Shown here piece after piece: positions 25,376 to 32,000 of a stretch of 32,000 nt of DNA. The DNA is from Candidatus Heimdallarchaeota archaeon (GTDB taxonomy: Archaea > Asgardarchaeota > Heimdallarchaeia > JABLTI01). The notes beneath the pieces were generated by a model. It was given only the letters and a program-made list of their open reading frames with translations. It ran no database searches and was not told where the DNA came from. The stretch lies in the NCBI GenBank assembly GCA_030614005.1, contig JAUWKS010000014.1, positions 30,673 to 62,672 of the forward strand, given 5' to 3'. Made by a program: the position numbers and the translations under genes. Numbering within the stretch: the first letter of the stretch is position 1; each line of letters starts with the position of its first letter.

Positions 25376-26872
25376 ATGGCCGACAATATCACCGTACCAA
25401 TTAGGATGCTTGTCTTTTCATCTCCTGATTGTTATGCTTGTCCAGAAGTAGAAAGGATTGTTCACAAACTTGTTGGTTCAAGTATGGCTGATATTTGCCA
25501 TGTTAGTACAATAGATGTTGTTCGTGAACCAAAGACAGCGGAAAGATACAACGTTAAAATGCTTCCCACTATAATGATTGATGATGAGATAGTCCTGCAA
25601 GGGTTAGTGGGCGAGAGTGATATTAGAGATGTATTATGGGAACGAGTTATCAGCTCGATTATTAAGCGCGAGAAAACTTTCGATGTGCGAAAAGAATCTC
25701 TACTCTATATTAGCAAAAATAGTTTTGACTCGATAATGAACGAGGAATTCATTCGTCCCTACATCGGTGATTATATTCATGTTGGTGTAATGCAACAAAT
25801 GATCGTTTCTTTAGTTGCACTTGATAAATTAGTTCCAAATTTACTCTATCAATCTGGTCGAGAAGTTGGTTTGTATGGTGTTGGAACTTATCTTATGATT
25901 ACTCTTAATCCAGATATTGGTACAGAATTTCGAGCTAAAGAACGGTTTGATGAAGTTTTAAAAGGATTGGTAAAATATTTTTCTGATAATGAATCAATAA
26001 ATATTCCAATGAAATTAGCAGAAGCTGCTGAAATTGTTAATATTGAACCTGACTCTGCTACTCTGAGAATAATGGGGTTGGCTAGTGCCTCTGGTTCACC
26101 CTATGTTGGAGAACCTTTATGCCACTTTTCCGCTGGTGAAATAGCTGGAATAACTGAAGCATTAACTGGTCGAAATACTGTTGTTCATGAAGTAAAATGT
26201 GTAGGCACTGGGCACGAATATTGTGAGTTTGAAATCACTGTTTCGGATGAACCGATAAGTAGAAATCTGTCGGATAACCAAGAAGAGGAATATATTGTCG
26301 AAGACCGCAGCCAACATTTCCAAGGTATCTTGCATGACATTTCAACTCGTTTGCATGAATCCTTTATTAGTCCTAAAGATGTTTTTAATCGAGGGAATAT
26401 TGGAAATGAAGTTCATTTTACAAAACTTCAACAAGCAATCGTAACATTAAAGTTAACTGACCCTTATTGTGGAGCTTTACTTTACGCAGCAGGAAGAGAA
26501 TTAGGCATTTTTGGTCCAGGTCGTGATATTCTACAAAGATATCTTGAAGATGAAAATTACACTTGGCCCCTGAATTTACAACAAGCATTATACATTTTGA
26601 ATAAATTCTTTCATTTTGGTATGATACAAGCAGCGAAAGAAAGGGCTGACGTTAAAATTATTGAAGATGGTGACGAATTAAAAATCAGAATAGAAGAATG
26701 TGCAATATCCTCAGGAGCAACTGATTCTGGGGTTTCTTTCTGTGATTTCATGGCAGGATATATTGCAGGCAGGATTACTATCTTAACAAATAGAGATTGT
26801 GTTGTTACTGAAACTCATTGCCATGGATTAGGCGATAAATATTGCGAATTTGGGATCTCATTTGTAGACTAA
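25376..26872 (+). CDS. Thioredoxin-like domain fused to two V4R domains
   Basis: FSSPDCYACP (CxxC)...MLPT, then two V4R units (LCHFSAGEIAG...EVKCVGTGHEYCEF; FCDFMAGYIAG...ETHCHGLGDKYCEF). Likely start is ATG 25376; the ORF track opens at 25286. Confidence 0.88.
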   Translation: MADNITVPIRMLVFSSPDCYACPEVERIVHKLVGSSMADICHVSTIDVVREPKTAERYNVKMLPTIMIDDEIVLQGLVGESDIRDVLWERVISSIIKREKTFDVRKESLLYISKNSFDSIMNEEFIRPYIGDYIHVGVMQQMIVSLVALDKLVPNLLYQSGREVGLYGVGTYLMITLNPDIGTEFRAKERFDEVLKGLVKYFSDNESINIPMKLAEAAEIVNIEPDSATLRIMGLASASGSPYVGEPLCHFSAGEIAGITEALTGRNTVVHEVKCVGTGHEYCEFEITVSDEPISRNLSDNQEEEYIVEDRSQHFQGILHDISTRLHESFISPKDVFNRGNIGNEVHFTKLQQAIVTLKLTDPYCGALLYAAGRELGIFGPGRDILQRYLEDENYTWPLNLQQALYILNKFFHFGMIQAAKERADVKIIEDGDELKIRIEECAISSGATDSGVSFCDFMAGYIAGRITILTNRDCVVTETHCHGLGDKYCEFGISFVD

Positions 26873-26883
26873 TATAAAAGCAG

Positions 26884-27375
26884 TTGGAGAAGAATATCAT
26901 TAGCAAAACACAATCCGAAAAAGTAAAAGTGGGAGATCCAGCACCTTTGTTTTCTCTTCCTGATAGTTCTGGCATTGAAGTTAAATTAAAAGAATATATT
27001 GGTAAGAAATCAATAGTACTTTATTTTTACCCCAAAGACTATACAAGTGGATGCACTACTGAAGCATGCACCTTCCGTGACAGATATGAGTTATTTTTAA
27101 AAGCCGGTGCAGAAGTAATCGGTATTAGTGGTGATAGCTCAGAATCACATACTGATTTTGCAGCAACATATAAACTTCCATTTGTTTTATTGAGTGATGT
27201 AAAAAACAAAGTGCGAAAGCTCTATAAGGTTGGCACAACTTTAGGTATTATTCCCGGAAGAGTCACCTATATTATTGACAAGGAAGGAATCATTCGACAT
27301 ATTTTCTCTTCGCAATTCAATCCCAAGAAACATATCGATGAAGCATTGCTGGTATTAAACGAAATGAACAAATAG
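26884..27375 (+). CDS. bcp: Peroxiredoxin, BCP/PrxQ type
   Basis: VLYFYPKDYTSGCTTEACTFRD (PxxxTxxC-x4-C), IGISGDS and RVTYIIDKEG. Confidence 0.95.
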   Translation: MEKNIISKTQSEKVKVGDPAPLFSLPDSSGIEVKLKEYIGKKSIVLYFYPKDYTSGCTTEACTFRDRYELFLKAGAEVIGISGDSSESHTDFAATYKLPFVLLSDVKNKVRKLYKVGTTLGIIPGRVTYIIDKEGIIRHIFSSQFNPKKHIDEALLVLNEMNK

Positions 27376-27497
27376 ATTAAATGAACAAAGTGGAAACTAA
27401 AACTGCAATTATGTTAATAATTAAAACCGAAAAACAACATTTAAATTGTATAATATCTCTTCAAAAGAAGATAATACTCAAAGGATGATAAAGATCA

Positions 27498-28130
27498 ATG
27501 TTTGCAAAAAGATCAGAAGCTCTTCTATTAATTTCAGCAACACTTGCGATTATTCCCATGTTCTTTATTCCAAAATCCTTGTACGTATTGCTACCATTTG
27601 CGTTTTTCGTAATCTTGACTGGTTTTCTAATGTATTTTTTCCGAGATCCAAAGAGAATCTCTCCAGAAGAGGAAAGAATAATTGTTTCTCCCGCTGAAGG
27701 AAAAGTACGTGAAATAATTGAAGAAGACGATGGAGCAACACGAATTCAAATTGAATTATCAGTATTTAATGTTCATGTAAATCGTGCACCAATTGATTGT
27801 AAAATTATCGCCATAACAAGAGAAAAAGGTGCTCATTGGCCGGTGTGGTTTAAAGGAAATTTTGCCACTCAAAATGCACGACTGCATTTCGATCTCGAAA
27901 CAAATGAAGGGTTCTCTTTCAGAGTAACTCAAATTTCAGGCATTTTTGCCTGGAGATGTGTAAGCTATGTCGATGTTGGTGAGACTGTAAAGCGAAATGA
28001 TAAAATTGGCATCATTCGTTTTGGTTCTGCAGCAAATGTTATATTGCCAAAAAGTTGCGGCTATGAACCTTCAGTAAAAGTAGGCGATACTGTTAGAGCT
28101 GGAGAAACTATTATCGCTCGAAGAAAGTGA
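27498..28130 (+). CDS. psd: Phosphatidylserine/archaetidylserine decarboxylase proenzyme
   Basis: YFFRDP, IVSPAEGKV, SVFNVHVNRAP and self-cleavage motif IRFGS. Confidence 0.93.
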   Translation: MFAKRSEALLLISATLAIIPMFFIPKSLYVLLPFAFFVILTGFLMYFFRDPKRISPEEERIIVSPAEGKVREIIEEDDGATRIQIELSVFNVHVNRAPIDCKIIAITREKGAHWPVWFKGNFATQNARLHFDLETNEGFSFRVTQISGIFAWRCVSYVDVGETVKRNDKIGIIRFGSAANVILPKSCGYEPSVKVGDTVRAGETIIARRK

Positions 28131-28136
28131 TATTGT

Positions 28137-29015
28137 ATGGTTATTTTTGAAAACTCTAAGAAATCAGATGAAACTGAAATCAGTGAAGAGGTTCAAGATA
28201 GCAAACTAAGAATTCCCGAATTTCCAAAACCTGTGAAGATGTTTTTTGCTTTCTTAGCAAATCTCATTACAACACTTAATTTCGCAAGTGGTGTAACGGC
28301 TATAATTTTGGTGGTAATAGACCCGAGAAATCCTGTATATATTCTCTGGGCTTCAAAATTAATTTTATTAGCAATTATTTTCGATTTTTCAGATGGGATA
28401 CCTGCAAGATTAGCAAAGAAAGAACCAGGTTTTTTTGGTGTGGTTGTAGATTCTGTAGCAGATACGGTTTCGTTCGGTTTAGCACCTGCAGTAATGCTAT
28501 CATTGAGTTTGCCACTTATTGGATCAGAAAGCACTGCTCATTTTGCCCTAGCAATATCATCTATTGTCGTAGGAGTGTATTTCGGTTTTTGTACAATATT
28601 TAGACTTGTTCGTTTTACTAAAGCTCCAAGCAAAAAGTGGTTTAAAGGAATTCCCTCACCAGGTGCTGGATGTATTGCAGCCAGTTATTTTATCATCAAA
28701 CTTTATATTGAAGAAGTGGTTTCTTCTACATCAATAGCAGTGCCAATAGTAGGTCTTCTACTAATGATTTTTACTGGGTCAATGATGATAGTGAATTTCA
28801 AATACCCTACAACAAAATTGCGAAAAAACTTTTTGGAAATTTTCCTTTTAGGATTAACTGCAGTAACAATTGTTACAATGGCAATAGTTCCATTGAATAT
28901 TATTATCTACCCTGCCGGGCTACTCGCTGCATTAACATGTTTATATGTCTTCTATGGACCATTCTATTTGCTGACTCATATGTTAGATCGAGCAAAAGAA
29001 GTGGAAACTAAATAG
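28137..29015 (+). CDS. pssA: CDP-alcohol phosphatidyltransferase, PssA/archaetidylserine synthase type
   Basis: ANLITTLN, DFSDGIPAR...GVVVDSVADTVSFG, RLVRF and FKGIPSP; adjacent to psd. Confidence 0.9.
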   Translation: MVIFENSKKSDETEISEEVQDSKLRIPEFPKPVKMFFAFLANLITTLNFASGVTAIILVVIDPRNPVYILWASKLILLAIIFDFSDGIPARLAKKEPGFFGVVVDSVADTVSFGLAPAVMLSLSLPLIGSESTAHFALAISSIVVGVYFGFCTIFRLVRFTKAPSKKWFKGIPSPGAGCIAASYFIIKLYIEEVVSSTSIAVPIVGLLLMIFTGSMMIVNFKYPTTKLRKNFLEIFLLGLTAVTIVTMAIVPLNIIIYPAGLLAALTCLYVFYGPFYLLTHMLDRAKEVETK

Positions 29016-29136
29016 CTTCGCCGTTTCTTTGTTTTTTTTCAAGAAAAAATCGTCTTTGCACAATAACAAAACTTTACATATTACTGAGTGCAAGTTTATT
29101 ATAGAAAAACAAAACAATGTTAAGAGGAAAACAAAA

Positions 29137-29910
29137 ATGGATTTTCAACGTATACCTACAAGTTCACCACTAGATGAATTGAGGAAAATAAAGCTTCTTG
29201 ACACTGGTATTCCTGGATTTGATGTCAGTATCGGTGGAGGAGTTCCTGATGGGTCACTAATTTTGTTATTAGGTGAACCTGGTTCAGGTTATGATGTTTT
29301 TGCATTGCAGATGCTTTATGAGCAAGCTAAAAAAGGCAAGAAAGTCTATTATGTTTCTGTTGATAAACCTCCCTCGGAAGTAGAATTAGAGATGCTAACT
29401 TTTGGTTGGGATATTGACACGTACAAATCAATTGGCTCTTGGGTTTATATTGATGCATATAGTGCAAAATACGCAACAGGGAATGAGGACTCTTCCCCGG
29501 TAATTTCATGGGATAAAGGACTGTTAAATCTTTTAAGAACCAAATTTGTCGATTTGGTAGGCAAATCTACTCAATCATTTACTATTATAGATACTCTCTC
29601 GCATTTACTACTTGATTATGACGAAGATCAAGTAAGAGATTTAGTTGAAAATTTCATTAATAATGTTGTTCGTAAAGTAGGCGGAGTACACATGATTTTA
29701 ATGATAAAAGGAATGCATGATTTGAAGACTGAGACATTATTTAGTCACTTAGCTGATGGAGTAATTGACTTCTATTTGCGAGAAAGACAAGATCAACTTC
29801 AGAGAACGTTTCGAGTAAGAAAAATGCGAAAAGCAATATATGATACACGATTATATCCAATTAATCTTGAAGAAGATGGTTTGCAGATCGAAACAGCTAG
29901 AAGAATATAA
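29137..29910 (+). CDS. KaiC/RAD55-like RecA-superfamily protein with degenerate P-loop
   Basis: TGIPGFDVSIGGGVPDG, GEPGSGYD, IIDTLS, DGVIDF and RTFRVRKMR. Likely start is ATG 29137. Confidence 0.88.
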   Translation: MDFQRIPTSSPLDELRKIKLLDTGIPGFDVSIGGGVPDGSLILLLGEPGSGYDVFALQMLYEQAKKGKKVYYVSVDKPPSEVELEMLTFGWDIDTYKSIGSWVYIDAYSAKYATGNEDSSPVISWDKGLLNLLRTKFVDLVGKSTQSFTIIDTLSHLLLDYDEDQVRDLVENFINNVVRKVGGVHMILMIKGMHDLKTETLFSHLADGVIDFYLRERQDQLQRTFRVRKMRKAIYDTRLYPINLEEDGLQIETARRI

Positions 29911-30044
29911 AATCACTTTTCTAGCTCAACTCATTTTTTCTATTTTTATTTTTGGTAAGGGTGATAGTGAAGCTTTTATTCTTGAAATACGACAATGAAT
30001 TAGAGAAAAAGTTACCAATTTACCCCATTTAATCATTCATTCGT

Positions 30045-31640
30045 GTGAGGATATTACAAGTGGCTGATAGTCAAATTCTATGGACAGAATCGTTTCGCCC
30101 AAAAAATCTAGGACAAGTTGTAGGTAATGAAGATGCTGTAGTGGAACTCAGAGATTGGTTTGATTCATGGTCCCCAACTGCAAAAAAGAAAGTAGCAATT
30201 TTACATGGACCGGCGGGAACAGGAAAAACAAGTAGTGTTATCGCGCTCGCGAATGAAAGGCAATATGAATTAGTTGAAATGAATGCAAGTGATTCGAGAA
30301 ATAAAGCTGCAATAATGAGGTTAGCGGGGAGTTCAGCAAGGGAAGGCACAATTGTAAATGGTGCAAAAGGTAAAAGAATTCTACTTATTGATGAGGTTGA
30401 TGGAATCGCTGGTAGAGAAGATCGTGGTGGAGTAAAATCTTTAGTTGATGTAATACGTGAAGCAGCAGTACCAATTATTTGTACCGCAAATGAAGCTTAT
30501 TCCCCAAAATTGAAAGCGTTAAGAAAGATTGCCAAAGTTATTGCTTATCGACCTGTTCATCCTGAGTACATTTTCAAAATTTTAAAGAAAATCGCTCGAG
30601 AAGAAAAAATAACTATTCCAGAAGATAACCTTCAATTCTTAGCAAATAATGCAGGAGGAGATATGCGAAGTGCAATCAATGATTTTCAAGGAATGGCCCT
30701 TCAATTGAAAAGCGGAAAAGCAACAGATATCGAGTTACTTAAACCTTACAGAGATCAAACAAAAAATTTGCAATCTGCGCTAACAGAATTGTTTAATGCA
30801 AATGATTATTTGAAAGGAAAGAAAGCAATAGATGGGCTAAAAATAAAGTACGATGAATTGCTTCTCTGGGTTTTTGAGAATGCCTATTTACATACCAGTG
30901 AAGAAAAATTAGCTGAAGTGTATACTACACTTGCAGACGCAGACCTGTATTTAGGAAGGATTATGCGTAGACAAAGCTGGGGTTTATTGAAATATTTCTT
31001 TGATTTAGTGTCAGGTGGAGTTGCGGTAGCTATTGATAAACCCAAAAAATCTGCTCAACATGTTTTCCCGCAGAAAATAGCCATGTATGCTCAAACAATG
31101 TTTACTCGAGCAATTACAAAATCTATATCTGCAAATCTAGCAGAAAAAATACATGTATCTCAAAGGTCAGCAAGAACGGATTCACTATATCTAGTTCAAC
31201 AAGTCTTGAATAGTAATGTTGGCGAGGCAGCAAAAATGGTTGATTGGCTGGAATTAGATGACAATCAAGTGAAGTCTTTGCTCGAAAAACCTGAATCACT
31301 CAGGAAAATAAGACAAGTTGTTAATGCTTATGAAACAGAACGAATAAAAATTCAAACCTCTATGAGTGATTTACAACATTCAAGTTTCGATCGGCCAGGT
31401 GATGATTGGTCAGCAATTCTAAAGGACTATGAAATTAAGAAAGAACAAAAATTAGAAGAGGAAAAGAGACGGAAAGAAGAAGAAAAACAGAGAAAAGATG
31501 AAGCAAGAAAAGCTGCTAAAGCAAAAAAGAAAGCAGAAGCAAAAGCAAAGAAAGAAAAAGAGAAAGCAGAGCAAGTGAAAGAAGAACCAAAGAAGAAGGA
31601 AAAGAAAGCACAAACTTCCCTTGATCAATATTTTTCTTAA
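30045..31640 (+). CDS. rfcL: Replication factor C large subunit
   Basis: WTESFRPK, GPAGTGKT, EMNASD, LIDEVDG, GGDMRSAIND; K/E-rich tail with PIP box QTSLDQYF. The start may be GTG 30060. Confidence 0.96.
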   Translation: MRILQVADSQILWTESFRPKNLGQVVGNEDAVVELRDWFDSWSPTAKKKVAILHGPAGTGKTSSVIALANERQYELVEMNASDSRNKAAIMRLAGSSAREGTIVNGAKGKRILLIDEVDGIAGREDRGGVKSLVDVIREAAVPIICTANEAYSPKLKALRKIAKVIAYRPVHPEYIFKILKKIAREEKITIPEDNLQFLANNAGGDMRSAINDFQGMALQLKSGKATDIELLKPYRDQTKNLQSALTELFNANDYLKGKKAIDGLKIKYDELLLWVFENAYLHTSEEKLAEVYTTLADADLYLGRIMRRQSWGLLKYFFDLVSGGVAVAIDKPKKSAQHVFPQKIAMYAQTMFTRAITKSISANLAEKIHVSQRSARTDSLYLVQQVLNSNVGEAAKMVDWLELDDNQVKSLLEKPESLRKIRQVVNAYETERIKIQTSMSDLQHSSFDRPGDDWSAILKDYEIKKEQKLEEEKRRKEEEKQRKDEARKAAKAKKKAEAKAKKEKEKAEQVKEEPKKKEKKAQTSLDQYFS

Positions 31641-31838
31641 TTAAAATAAGCAGAACATATCAAACTTCATTGATCTTGTAAAATTCATGTTTACTAGCTA
31701 TGATGGAAATAGCATTTAGCTCTTTTAAAAGAAAATCAGTACTAGCATCTATAGAAGATCTATTTGTTAGGGATTGATAGTAGCTTGAATTTAGGCTCTG
31801 GAAAAAAAACATCACTGGATTCCATATTTTGGCAAAGA

Positions 31839-32000
31839 ATGAATGAGATATTCCCATATCCCGTGTATCGAAAAGAACAATTTTCAATTATATCAGCAAT
31901 TCAAAACGAATCTAACAAGACATTGCTTATTGATGCAGAAACGGGTAGCGGGAAAACTGCCGCTGTTCTCTCTGCGGTGTTAAGTAGAAAACAACCTGGA
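31839..32000 (+). CDS. XPD/Rad3/DinG-family helicase, N-terminal fragment running off the window
   Basis: Not in the ORF track. Hand translation gives MNEIFPYPVYRKEQFSIISAIQNESNKTLLIDAETGSGKTAAVLSAVLSRKQPG, with the FPY..R..Q Q-motif and Walker A AETGSGKT. Confidence 0.85.
   Translation, partial: MNEIFPYPVYRKEQFSIISAIQNESNKTLLIDAETGSGKTAAVLSAVLSRKQPG

Noticed and set aside
28128-28139. psd stop (TGA) is in frame with pssA (TGA TAT TGT ATG), suggesting Sec/readthrough fusion
   Set aside because: An in-frame arrangement has a 1-in-3 chance; both genes are complete with normal termini and no SECIS-like element is evident.
31420-31620. K/E/A-rich low-complexity repeat near the end of rfcL
   Set aside because: A usual flexible linker before the PIP box in archaeal RFC large subunits.
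3437-31887. Many short or antisense ORFs in the track (e.g. 3437, 3500, 4898, 5085, 6093, 6698, 7274, 11273, 11327, 12020, 12160, 12236, 13159, 13458, 13582, 14668, 16398, 16490, 17130, 18141, 18653, 19817, 20724, 21858, 22128, 23902, 24443, 27446, 28193, 29327, 30071, 31660)
   Set aside because: They overlap well-supported genes on the other strand or frame and have no motifs; these are expected shadow ORFs in AT-rich DNA. 31660..31887 conflicts with the XPD start.
1-32000. Integrated mobile element, tRNA or rRNA
   Set aside because: No integrase/transposase motifs, terminal inverted repeats, att-like repeats, cloverleaf or long GC-rich RNA-gene tract were seen.

Overview
AT-rich (roughly one-third GC by eye) archaeal chromosomal segment. 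Gene content suggests an Asgard archaeon, probably Heimdallarchaeia-like; this is inferred from the Rad51-like RadA, the EXO5-like nuclease, the tandem V4R protein and the many orphans. About 30 CDSs, with no rRNA, tRNA, CRISPR array or recognisable mobile element. The window is rich in DNA replication/repair genes: a RadA/Rad51-family recombinase with a ~120-aa charged tail, a Hel308/Ski2-like helicase with an inserted SWIM zinc finger, a small 4-Cys protein, a eukaryote-like EXO5 Fe-S nuclease, FEN1, RFC large subunit, a degenerate KaiC/RAD55 ATPase and the start of an XPD/Rad3 helicase. It also holds tldD-pmbA, psd-pssA, a thioredoxin-V4R-V4R + peroxiredoxin pair, an MFS transporter, and HAD, HEAT, CBS, TPR, radical SAM and MazG-like genes. 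The best leads are (i) the RadA / SWIM-helicase / EXO5 neighbourhood as a possible proto-eukaryotic recombination-repair set, and (ii) the 24599-24858 intergenic region, which has a GC-rich structured leader and four TCTATA motifs at an exact 20-bp period between two divergent orphan genes. All family calls come from motifs read by eye; no database searches were run.
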